This document shows, piece after piece, positions 1 through 7,713 of a stretch of DNA of 17,566 bases. Numbering within the stretch: the stretch's first letter is position 1; each line of letters opens with the position of its first letter. The notes beneath the pieces are model-generated. The model did no database searches. It was not told the DNA's origin and saw nothing but the letters and a program-made list of their open reading frames with translations. The position numbers were made by a program, and so were the translations under genes. Origin of the DNA: Rhodobacter sp. (GTDB taxonomy: Bacteria; Pseudomonadota; Alphaproteobacteria; Rhodobacterales; Rhodobacteraceae); contig JBFKQC010000079.1 in assembly GCA_041627895.1 (NCBI GenBank), positions 1-17,566 of the forward strand. The letters are read 5' to 3'.

Positions 1-2
1 CG

Positions 3-653
3 CTGCGCCGCACGTCCAACCGGTATGACCGGCGCTACGTGCTGTGCATGCGGCCCACGGTGATCACCGGGGGCGAGCTGTCGCTGGACATGCTGGATCT
101 GGTCTATAACCCGATCTCCAAGACCTACCAGGCGCCGCTGCAGCTGAAATCCACCGGCGGCGTGTTCATCGTCGACGACCTCGGCCGCCAGGCCGAGCCG
201 CCGCAGGCGCTGATCAACCGCTGGATCGTGCCGCTGGAAGAGGGCAAGGACATCCTCGCCCTGCAATCGGGCGAAAAGTTCGAGGTGCCGTTCGACACGC
301 TGGTGATCTTCTCGACCAACTTCCACCCGAACGAGATTTTCGACAAGGCGGCGCTCAGACGGATCTTCTTCAAGATCAAGATCGACGGGCCGAGCCAGCA
401 GGACTATCTGAAAATCTTCTCGCTGGTGGCCAAGAAGAAGAAGATGCCGCTGAACGAGAAGGCGCTGGTGCACCTCCTGAAGAACAAGTACCCGACGATC
501 AACAACGTGTACGCGAACTATCAGCCGATCTTCCTGATCGACCAGATGATCGCGATCTGCGAATTCGAGGGCATCCCCTACCAGATGAGCGCCGATCTGA
601 TCGACCGCGCCTGGTCGAACATGTTCGTCAAGGACGAGATCATCGTGAAGTAA
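3..653 (+). CDS. MoxR-like (dynein-related) AAA+ ATPase, C-terminal part. The 5' end lies outside the window; the reading frame is open from nt 3.
   Basis: Translation matches the MoxR pattern: VFIVDDLGRQAEPPQALINRWIVPLEEG is a Walker-B/INR-like segment, TLVIFSTNFHP is a sensor-1 TxN segment, and AALRRIFFKIKIDGP is an Arg-finger/sensor-2-like segment. GC3 is high and matches the neighbouring genes. The frame is open back to nt 3. Followed 80 nt downstream by a vWA-like gene, the classic MoxR-vWA arrangement. Confidence 0.55.
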   Translation: MRRTSNRYDRRYVLCMRPTVITGGELSLDMLDLVYNPISKTYQAPLQLKSTGGVFIVDDLGRQAEPPQALINRWIVPLEEGKDILALQSGEKFEVPFDTLVIFSTNFHPNEIFDKAALRRIFFKIKIDGPSQQDYLKIFSLVAKKKKMPLNEKALVHLLKNKYPTINNVYANYQPIFLIDQMIAICEFEGIPYQMSADLIDRAWSNMFVKDEIIVK

Positions 654-733
654 CCGGGATCGCGCCAGAGCCGAGACTCGGCGGTTGCGCGGTTTGATGC
701 TAGCATGACGCACGTCTCGAAAAGGAGGCCGCC

Positions 734-1435
734 ATGCGCCTTTTGCCGATTCTCGTTCTTCCATTGATCTTCCTGACAGTCACACCCGCCCGGGCCTGCG
801 AGTTGAAACTGCTTCTGTCCTGGGACGTCTCCGCCAGCATGAGCGCGCAGGACTACGACATCCAGCGCGGCGGCACGGCGGCGGCATTCCGGCATCCCAC
901 GATCCAGAACATGGTGGCGCTCAATCCCGGCGGCGTCGCGGTGTCGATCCTGCAATGGGCCGGCGAGCACCAGCAGGACGTCTCGGTTCCCTGGGTCCTC
1001 TTGCGCAGCAACCGCGACGCGCGCGACTTCGCCGATGCGATCGAGGCGATGCACGATCCGTTCGACGGGACGACCGGAACCGCGATCGGGGCGGGCCTGG
1101 AATTCGCGATCGGCCACCTCGAGGCCGGGCCGGATTGCGCGCGCACGGTGATCGACATCTCCGGCGACGGCGTCTCGAATATCGGTCAGCCCCCGGCCGC
1201 GATTGCCGACTACCTGCACACGCGCGGCGTCACGATCAACGGGCTTGTCCTCCCCCACAAGGTGAAGATCTACACGCCCGACCGCGACCCCTTCCTGCAT
1301 TACATCCGCAACGTCTCGCGCGGGCCGGATTCGTTCGTGATGTCCGTCAACAGCTACCAGGACTTTCCCCGTGCCATGCAACTGAAGCTCCTGCGCGAAC
1401 TTGCGCCGCGGCTGGCGATGCTCGACGCCGAATAG
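734..1435 (+). CDS. Secreted DUF1194-family protein with a vWA-like fold and MIDAS-type motif
   Basis: Strong RBS AAAGGAGG 5 nt upstream of the ATG. N-terminal signal peptide MRLLPILVLPLIFLTVTPARA. DVSASMS resembles the MIDAS DxSxS motif, with a later GTTGTAIG Thr and a DISGDG Asp. Overall resemblance to Pfam DUF1194 proteins of about 230-250 aa from alphaproteobacteria. Confidence 0.6.
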   Translation: MRLLPILVLPLIFLTVTPARACELKLLLSWDVSASMSAQDYDIQRGGTAAAFRHPTIQNMVALNPGGVAVSILQWAGEHQQDVSVPWVLLRSNRDARDFADAIEAMHDPFDGTTGTAIGAGLEFAIGHLEAGPDCARTVIDISGDGVSNIGQPPAAIADYLHTRGVTINGLVLPHKVKIYTPDRDPFLHYIRNVSRGPDSFVMSVNSYQDFPRAMQLKLLRELAPRLAMLDAE

Positions 1436-1512
1436 CGCGGGCGGCGCGGCGCCGGGCGTGCGCATGAAAAACCGCTTTCGGCCCGGGGGGCTTCCGCACT
1501 AGCCTGACCGGC

Positions 1513-3969
1513 ATGGCCGCCCTGCCCGCCACCTTCCACGACTGGTTCGCCGCGCGCGGCTGGACGATCCACCCGCACCAGCAGGCGATGCTCGACCGCG
1601 CGGGCGAGCCGGCGCTGCTGCTGATCGCGCCGACCGGCGGCGGCAAGACGCTGGCCGGATTCCTGCCCACGCTCGCCGATCTGGCGGATGGCGGGCATGA
1701 CGGTCTGCACACGCTTTACGTCTCGCCGCTGAAGGCGCTGGCGGCGGATATCAAGCGCAACCTGCGCAGCCCGGTCGACGAGATCGGCCTGCCCGTCCGG
1801 ATCGAGGACCGCACCGGCGACACCAGCGCCACGCAGAAGAGGCGCCAGCGCGCCGATCCGCCGCACATCCTGCTGACCACGCCCGAAAGCCTGGCGCTGC
1901 TGATCAGCTACGAGGACGCGCCGCGGATGTTCGCGGGGCTGAAACGGGTCATCGTCGACGAAATCCACGCGCTGGCGGAATCGAAGCGCGGCGACCAGCT
2001 GATGCTGGCGCTGGCGCGGCTGCAGACGTTCTGCCCCGGCCTCTGCCGCGTCGGGCTGTCGGCCACGGTCGAGGACCCCGCGGGCATCGCGCGGATGCTG
2101 GCCCGTCATCCCGACGCTTGCGACATCCTTCAGGCCGACCCCGGCCCCGAGCCCGACATCCGCATGCTGGAGACCGGGGAAATGCCGCCCTGGTCGGGCG
2201 GCGGCGCGGCCTATGCCGTGCCGGCGGTGCTAAACGAGGTCGGGCGGCACAGGACCACGCTGATCTTTCACAACACCCGCGCCCAGGCCGAGATCTTCTT
2301 TCACAACCTGTGGCTCGCCAATGACGAGGGCCTGCCGATCGGCATCCACCACGGGTCATTGGCCCGCGAGCAGCGCCAGAAGGTCGAGGCGGCGATGGCG
2401 GCGGGGCGGCTGCGCGCCATCGTCTGCACCGGCACGCTGGATCTGGGCATCGACTGGGGCGACGTCGACCTGATCGTGCAGGTCGGCGCGCCGAAGAACG
2501 TCAAGCGGCTGGTGCAGCGGATCGGCCGCGCGAACCACCGCTACAACGCGCCGTCCAAGGCGATCCTGGTCCCGGCGAACCGCTTCGAGGTGGTCGAGTG
2601 CGTCGCCGCGCTCGAGGCCGCGCGCGCGCGTCAGCTCGACGGCGACGCGCGCGGCCCCGGCCCGCGCGACGTGCTTTGCCAGCACATCCTGATCGCTGCC
2701 TGCGCCGGGCCGTTCCGGGCCGGCGAGCTTTATGCCGAGGTCCGCACCGTCGGCGCCTATGCGCAGCTGTCGCGGGCGGAGTTCGACGAATGCCTCGATT
2801 TCGTGGCGACGGGGGGCTATGCGCTCAGGGCCTACGACCGCTGGCAGCGGATGCGGCAGGGCGCAGACGGATGCTGGCGCCTGCGCGACCCGCGCGCGGC
2901 ACAGCGCATCCGGATGAACATCGGCACAATCCAGGATACCGACCTCGTCAAGGTGCGGTTGCGCGGCCAGGCCAGGCCGCTCGGCGAGATCGAAGAGGGG
3001 TTCGCCGCGACGCTGACGCCGGGCGACACCTTCCTGATCGGCGGCCGCATCGTGCGCTACGACCGGATGCGCGAAACCGTGGTCGAGGTCACGCGCGACG
3101 CCGCGCGAAAGCCGAAGATCGCCACCTTCATGGGCACCAAGTTCGCCACGTCCACGCAGCTTTCGCAGCGCATCCTGGCGATGTTCCGGCAAGCCGACTG
3201 GCCCGGCCTGCCGCCGCACACCGCGGCCTGGCTGGCGCTGCAGCGCGAGGTCTCGAAACTGCCCGAGGCCGACCGCATCCTGGTCGAAAGCTTCCCCCAT
3301 GACGGGCGCCGGCATACTTGCGTCTACGGCTTTGCCGGGCGCAACGCGATGCAGACGCTGGGCCTGTTGCTGACCCAGCGGATGGAGTCACAGGGGCTCG
3401 ACCCGCTGGGGTTCGTCGCGACCGATTACGCCGTGCTGATCTGGGGGCTCAAGGCGGTTGCCGACCCGGCACCGCTGTTCCGCGGCGCGGCGCTGCGCGA
3501 CACGTTCGAGACCTGGCTTGCCGGCAACGCGGTGATGAAACGGACCTTCAAGGCCAGTGCGGTGATCGCCGGGCTGATCGACCGCAACACCCCCGGCGCC
3601 CGCAAGACCGGGCGGCAGGCGACGTTTTCCTCGGACATCCTGTATGACACGCTCTGCCGCTACGACCCGGACCACGTGCTGCTGAAGATTACCCGCGAAG
3701 AGGCGCTGAAGGGGCTGGTGGATTTCGGGCGGATCGAAGAGATGCTGGCGCGGACCCAGGGCCGGGTCGATCACGTGGTGCTGGACCGCGTGACGCCGCT
3801 GGCGGCGCCCCTGATGCTGGAGCATGGCCGCGTCCCGGTGCAGGGCGCGGCGACCGAGCGGCTGCTGGCCGAGGAAGCCGCCAGGCTGATCGAGGCCGCG
3901 GGGCTGGCCGAGCCTGCGGCACGCCCCGCGCCGCCAAAGACCGTGCCCCGGCGGCGCGCGCCGCATTGA
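1513..3969 (+). CDS. lhr: Ligase-associated DNA damage response DEXH-box helicase (Lhr-core family)
   Basis: 818 aa. Walker A APTGGGKT, DEXH box VIVDEIHAL, helicase motifs YVSPLKALA, SATV and QRIGRANH. N-terminus (HDWFAARGWTIHPHQ) and length are typical of TIGR04121-type Lhr-core proteins. Followed by a pdeM-like gene. Confidence 0.8.
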   Translation: MAALPATFHDWFAARGWTIHPHQQAMLDRAGEPALLLIAPTGGGKTLAGFLPTLADLADGGHDGLHTLYVSPLKALAADIKRNLRSPVDEIGLPVRIEDRTGDTSATQKRRQRADPPHILLTTPESLALLISYEDAPRMFAGLKRVIVDEIHALAESKRGDQLMLALARLQTFCPGLCRVGLSATVEDPAGIARMLARHPDACDILQADPGPEPDIRMLETGEMPPWSGGGAAYAVPAVLNEVGRHRTTLIFHNTRAQAEIFFHNLWLANDEGLPIGIHHGSLAREQRQKVEAAMAAGRLRAIVCTGTLDLGIDWGDVDLIVQVGAPKNVKRLVQRIGRANHRYNAPSKAILVPANRFEVVECVAALEAARARQLDGDARGPGPRDVLCQHILIAACAGPFRAGELYAEVRTVGAYAQLSRAEFDECLDFVATGGYALRAYDRWQRMRQGADGCWRLRDPRAAQRIRMNIGTIQDTDLVKVRLRGQARPLGEIEEGFAATLTPGDTFLIGGRIVRYDRMRETVVEVTRDAARKPKIATFMGTKFATSTQLSQRILAMFRQADWPGLPPHTAAWLALQREVSKLPEADRILVESFPHDGRRHTCVYGFAGRNAMQTLGLLLTQRMESQGLDPLGFVATDYAVLIWGLKAVADPAPLFRGAALRDTFETWLAGNAVMKRTFKASAVIAGLIDRNTPGARKTGRQATFSSDILYDTLCRYDPDHVLLKITREEALKGLVDFGRIEEMLARTQGRVDHVVLDRVTPLAAPLMLEHGRVPVQGAATERLLAEEAARLIEAAGLAEPAARPAPPKTVPRRRAPH

Positions 3970-4012
3970 CGGCCCAAGCGGGGTTTCCGCGCGGCGCCCC
4001 GGCCGCGGCCTC

Positions 4013-4043
4013 TTGACCTGCCCCCGCGCGATGCGGGTATAGA
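4013..4043 (+). promoter_or_regulatory. Candidate sigma70-type promoter: TTGACC (4013-4018), then either TATAGA (4038-4043) at a 19-nt spacer or GGTATA at a 17-nt spacer, directly abutting the pdeM ATG
   Basis: Read directly from the sequence. The -10 element ends 5 nt before the ATG at 4049, which implies either a leaderless transcript or an internal promoter within an lhr-pdeM operon. Confidence 0.3.
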
Positions 4044-4048
4044 GGGTT

Positions 4049-4738
4049 ATGTGCAAGGAACATAAGAAGAACGTCGTCCCCTTCACGCTGGCCGGCGCGG
4101 CGCTCGAGGCGCGCGCTTCCGGGGCGCTCTGGTGGCCCGGGCAGCGCGTGCTCGTGATCTCGGATCTGCATCTCGGCCGGTCCGAGCGCGTCGCGCGCCT
4201 CGGCGGCGCGCTGTTGCCGCCCTACGAGACGCAGGACACCATGGCGCGCCTTGATTCCGAGGTCGCGGCGACCGCGCCGGCGACGGTGATCTGCCTCGGC
4301 GACAGCTTCGACGACCGGGCGGTCGCCGAGGGGCTGGCCGAAGCGGCGATCCTCTGGCTGGCGCGGCTGATGGCGGGCCGGCGCTGGATCTGGATCGAGG
4401 GCAATCACGATCCCGGGCCGATGGACCTCGGCGGCACGCATCTCGCGGAACTGCCGATCGCGCCGCTGACCTTCCGCCATATCGCCCGGCCCGGGGCCAG
4501 CGGCGAGGTTTCGGGGCATTACCATCCCAAGGCAACGGTGAACGCGCGGGGCCGGCGGGTGTCGCGGCCCTGCTTCCTGTTCGACAGCGACCGGGTGATC
4601 CTGCCCGCGTTCGGCACCTATACCGGCGGGTTGCGGGCGTCCGATCCGGCGCTTGCGGGCCTGATGCGGCCCGAGGCGATGGCGGTCCTGACCGGGCCGA
4701 ACCCCTGCATGATCCCGCATCCGGGACGCGCCGGATAG
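4049..4738 (+). CDS. pdeM: Ligase-associated DNA damage response phosphoesterase PdeM (calcineurin-like metallophosphoesterase)
   Basis: 229 aa. Metallophosphoesterase motifs ISDLHLG (D-x-H), CLGDSFD (GD) and IEGNHD (GNHD). Position immediately downstream of the Lhr-core helicase matches the known lhr-pdeM pairing. The N-terminal MCKEHKKNVV stretch is atypical and AT-rich, so the start codon is uncertain. Confidence 0.7.
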   Translation: MCKEHKKNVVPFTLAGAALEARASGALWWPGQRVLVISDLHLGRSERVARLGGALLPPYETQDTMARLDSEVAATAPATVICLGDSFDDRAVAEGLAEAAILWLARLMAGRRWIWIEGNHDPGPMDLGGTHLAELPIAPLTFRHIARPGASGEVSGHYHPKATVNARGRRVSRPCFLFDSDRVILPAFGTYTGGLRASDPALAGLMRPEAMAVLTGPNPCMIPHPGRAG

Positions 4739-5039
4739 GCCCGCGGCCGCCCGGCGGGCGGGGCCATCTGCGCTTGCTCGCTGTCCCGGGGCGGGGCCGC
4801 GTGCGGGCTGAGCGGTCGTTGCCGTTTCAACGCAAAGCCGCGCCATCGCCGACCCGCGGGGTGGCGAGCCAACGTCCGTTCGGCGCGCTTTATCCCGCGG
4901 TTCCCGCGCAACTTCGGACCTGTGCACTGACCTCGCCCGATCGCCGCCCCGGGGGGCGGGTCGGCGATGGCGCGGCGGCCTGCGGCCGCTGTTCGCGCCA
5001 CGGGAAGAATGTGAACGGCGGGAATTGGCCGATCCCGCG

Positions 5040-5417
5040 CTAGTTCTGGTCCAGCGCGTAGCGGCGCAGCACCTCGAGCGGCACGATTTCCAGCGCCCGC
5101 ATGTGCGTCGCCGCAAGGTGCAGCCGCGGCGCGCAGCCCTCGTCATGGGCCTGCAGGAAGCGCCCCGCGCACAGGCACCAGCGGTCGCCCGCCTTCAGCC
5201 CCGGAAAGCCGTAGGCCGGCAGCGGCGTCGACAGGTCGTTGCCCACGTATTTCGAGAAGGCCAGGAACTCGTCGGTCATCACTGCACAGACCGTGTGGCT
5301 GCGCCGGTCCCGGTCGCAGGTGTCGCAGGCGCCGTTGCGGAAGAACCCGGTGACCGGGTCCTGCGAACACGGGGCAAGCCGGTCGCCGAGCACGTTGAGC
5401 GAGGGATCCATGTCCAT
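5040..5417 (-). CDS. DUF2237-family small conserved protein
   Basis: 125 aa with the TGFFRNGACDTC and SHTVCAVMT motifs typical of DUF2237 (about 110-125 aa). Start lies 3 nt after the stop of the upstream ORF, consistent with coupling. Confidence 0.6.
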   Translation of the reverse strand: MDMDPSLNVLGDRLAPCSQDPVTGFFRNGACDTCDRDRRSHTVCAVMTDEFLAFSKYVGNDLSTPLPAYGFPGLKAGDRWCLCAGRFLQAHDEGCAPRLHLAATHMRALEIVPLEVLRRYALDQN

Positions 5418-5420
5418 GGG

Positions 5421-6464
5421 CTAGAGTGTAGCCTCTTCCGGGCGCCAGTCGACCCATCGTCCGTGATAATCGGCGCGCCCCGGCGCAAGGCGCCGGTTGC
5501 CCGGCCAGAGCCGCAGCGTCAGCCCGGCGCCGGGGCTTGCGCCGTCGGCCTCCATCCCCAGCCAGGCCAGTGGCGCCGCGGCGGTGGCCCGCGCCCCGGC
5601 GGCCTCGATCAGCGCGCGGGCGCGGGCCTGGACCACGGCCGGGAAATACTGCCAGGCGACGGTGTGGAAGATCAGGTGCAGCTGGCCGGGGACGGGTGCG
5701 GCGAGCCGATGCGCCAGCCAGTCCGCCGCATCCGACCGGTCGACCGGCGCGCCGGCCACCGCGAGCGCGGCGCGGGTGCGGGCCAGCCGGTCCGGCTGGT
5801 CGGGCCAGAGATAGGCCAGAAGCCGCAGCCGGTCGCCCGCGTCGCGCGGATCGAGCGGGGTCAGGTCGGCGCCGCGGCGCTCGGCCACTTCCGGCGCCGC
5901 GCGGGGCGGCACCTCGCCGCGCCAGTCCGGCGCAAGCACCAGCGCAGGGGTCTGCGGCCCGTATCTTTTGCCCCGGACATCCAGCGCGAAGCGGTCCCAC
6001 ATCAGGTTCAGCCCGGCGCTGGCGCCCGGCTCGGACAGCCGCAGCGGCAGGCCGTATCGCGCCGTCAGCCAATGTCCGGCGGCGATCAGCACCGCGCTGC
6101 GCCCGACCTCGTTGGTCTGCGGCGGCCGGTCCAGCCAGGCGCCGATCCGCCCGGCATGGGCGTCGAGCGCCCGCGCGACGGCGTCCCACAGCGCCTCGTC
6201 GCCGGGCGCCGGCGCCGGCGGGTAGACCGCGGCCAGCGCGGGGTCGGCCCCCGACAGCACCAGCCCGTGCAGCGCGCCGGCCAGGCGCAGCGGCACCGAG
6301 GCGCCCGACGCCGAGATATCGCCCGGCCAGGCGAACAGCCGGTCGGTCAGCGGCGTGCCCGGCGCCAGCCGGCCCGCCAGAAGCCGCAGCACCCGCCCGG
6401 TGAAGGGCGAGCCGAGCGCGGCGCAAACCCCGGCCTGCCGGCTGAGCGCCGCGGCGAGGCTCAT
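5421..6464 (-). CDS. Conserved hypothetical protein, DUF2332-like
   Basis: 347 aa. N-terminus [30 protein letters not shown] resembles DUF2332 family members. Start ATG overlaps the pth stop in an ATGA arrangement at 6461-6464. GC3 is consistent with coding. Confidence 0.5.
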   Translation of the reverse strand: MSLAAALSRQAGVCAALGSPFTGRVLRLLAGRLAPGTPLTDRLFAWPGDISASGASVPLRLAGALHGLVLSGADPALAAVYPPAPAPGDEALWDAVARALDAHAGRIGAWLDRPPQTNEVGRSAVLIAAGHWLTARYGLPLRLSEPGASAGLNLMWDRFALDVRGKRYGPQTPALVLAPDWRGEVPPRAAPEVAERRGADLTPLDPRDAGDRLRLLAYLWPDQPDRLARTRAALAVAGAPVDRSDAADWLAHRLAAPVPGQLHLIFHTVAWQYFPAVVQARARALIEAAGARATAAAPLAWLGMEADGASPGAGLTLRLWPGNRRLAPGRADYHGRWVDWRPEEATL

Positions 6465-7150
6465 CGGAACTTGTCGATCAGCTTTTGCAGCGCGCGGCGC
6501 CCGTCCGGCCCGGCCGCGGGCGGCGGCTCTGCCCCGGGAGGCGGTTCCGCGGGCTTCGGTTCGGGCGCGGCCGAGGACCGGGGCGGCGCGGTACGCAGCG
6601 CCACCGCGTTCATGAAGCGGCCGGTATCGCCCGCCGCGAGGTCGGCGGCGCCGTCGCTGATGCCGCGCAGCAGGTCCTCCAGCCAGTCGCGGTCGGCCTT
6701 GGCGAAGTCGTGCAGCACGTAGCCCGACACCCGGTCCTTGTGGCCGGGATGGCCGATGCCGAGGCGCACCCGCACGTAATCCGGCCCGATCTGCGCATGC
6801 AGCGAGCGCAGCCCGTTATGGCCCGCATGCCCGCCGCCGGTCTTGACCCGGCACTTGCCGGGGGCGAGGTCCAGCTCGTCGTGGAAGACGACGATGTCCT
6901 CAGGCGCCAGCTTGTAGAACTGCGCCGCCGCCTGCACCGAGTTGCCCGAGAGGTTCATGTAGGTCTCGGGCTTCAAGAGCAGCACCTTCTCGGTCCCCAG
7001 CCGGCCCTCGGCGATCACGCCCTGGAACTTCGAGCGCCACGGGCCAAAGCCGTGATCCCCGGCGATCCGGTCCACGGCCATGAAGCCGATGTTGTGCCGG
7101 TGCCCGGCATGTTTGGCCCCCGGATTGCCGAGGCCGACGAACAGGCGCAT
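6461..7150 (-). CDS. pth: Peptidyl-tRNA hydrolase with an alphaproteobacterial-type Pro/Ala-rich C-terminal extension
   Basis: N-terminus [23 protein letters not shown], then catalytic-region motifs [15 protein letters not shown] and RLGIGHP. 229 aa with a [19 protein letters not shown] tail. Confidence 0.9.
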   Translation of the reverse strand: MRLFVGLGNPGAKHAGHRHNIGFMAVDRIAGDHGFGPWRSKFQGVIAEGRLGTEKVLLLKPETYMNLSGNSVQAAAQFYKLAPEDIVVFHDELDLAPGKCRVKTGGGHAGHNGLRSLHAQIGPDYVRVRLGIGHPGHKDRVSGYVLHDFAKADRDWLEDLLRGISDGAADLAAGDTGRFMNAVALRTAPPRSSAAPEPKPAEPPPGAEPPPAAGPDGRRALQKLIDKFR

Positions 7151-7233
7151 GGCCGCGCTCCATGGGTCAGGGTCGGGCGATACCTAGTCCGACCCGCCGC
7201 GTTGCGCAACGCCCGGTGCCGGGGGCGCGGGGC

Positions 7234-7581
7234 TCACGAGGCCGGCGCGGGCAGCCGGTCGGCCACCGGCACGAAAAGGTATTTCACCGCGCGCTCGCCC
7301 TTCAGCTGCAGGGCGCGGGTGGCGTCCATGTCCGGGGTCACCGCGCTGCGGGTGCAAAGGTGAAAGACGCGCCCCGTCGCCCTGACGATGCGCGGATCGC
7401 CGTGGCTGAGCTGGGTGCGCAGGCTGCGGATGTAATAGCCGTCGGGATTGGCCCGGATGTCGCCCGGGCCGGCGGCCTCGTTGGCATGGCCGGCGCCGCA
7501 AAGCGTGTCGATGCGGCTTTCGGCGGCGGCGGCCGTGGCGAGTGCGATCGTCAGGGCGGTGATCGTGGCGGTCGTTTTCAT
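7234..7581 (-). CDS. Small secreted protein of unknown function, about 115 aa with a signal peptide
   Basis: ATG at 7581 is preceded by RBS AGGAGGA at a 5-nt spacing. Signal peptide MKTTATITALTIALATAAAAE. Two Cys residues. Divergent from the adjacent regulator gene. The ORF-track start at 7608 (MNRDRQEDS...) lacks an RBS. Confidence 0.5.
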   Translation of the reverse strand: MKTTATITALTIALATAAAAESRIDTLCGAGHANEAAGPGDIRANPDGYYIRSLRTQLSHGDPRIVRATGRVFHLCTRSAVTPDMDATRALQLKGERAVKYLFVPVADRLPAPAS

Positions 7582-7713
7582 GCTATCCTCCTGTCGGTCC
7601 CGATTCATCGGCGCCGCCCTGCCGGACCACCAGCGGTTGCCGGCGTGGCGGCGCGGTCGCTGGGATAGGGGGGCGCAGAGAACGGCGAATTGTCCCGAAC
7701 GAGAGCCGAAATC

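Noticed and set aside
1436-1512. Possible terminator or LexA (GTTC-N7-GTTC) box between DUF1194 and lhr
   Set aside because: GC-rich partial inverted repeats only, with no U-tract. No GTTC/GAAC direct-repeat SOS box could be found by eye.
5025-6722. 565-aa plus-strand ORF, plus the minus-strand ORF 5143..6426 (427 aa) and the 5537..6403 (+) ORF
   Set aside because: All are Arg/Gly/Ala/Pro-rich translations opposite or out of frame with the pth / DUF2332 / DUF2237 genes. This is the composition expected of non-coding frames in about 70% GC DNA, and they carry no recognisable motifs.
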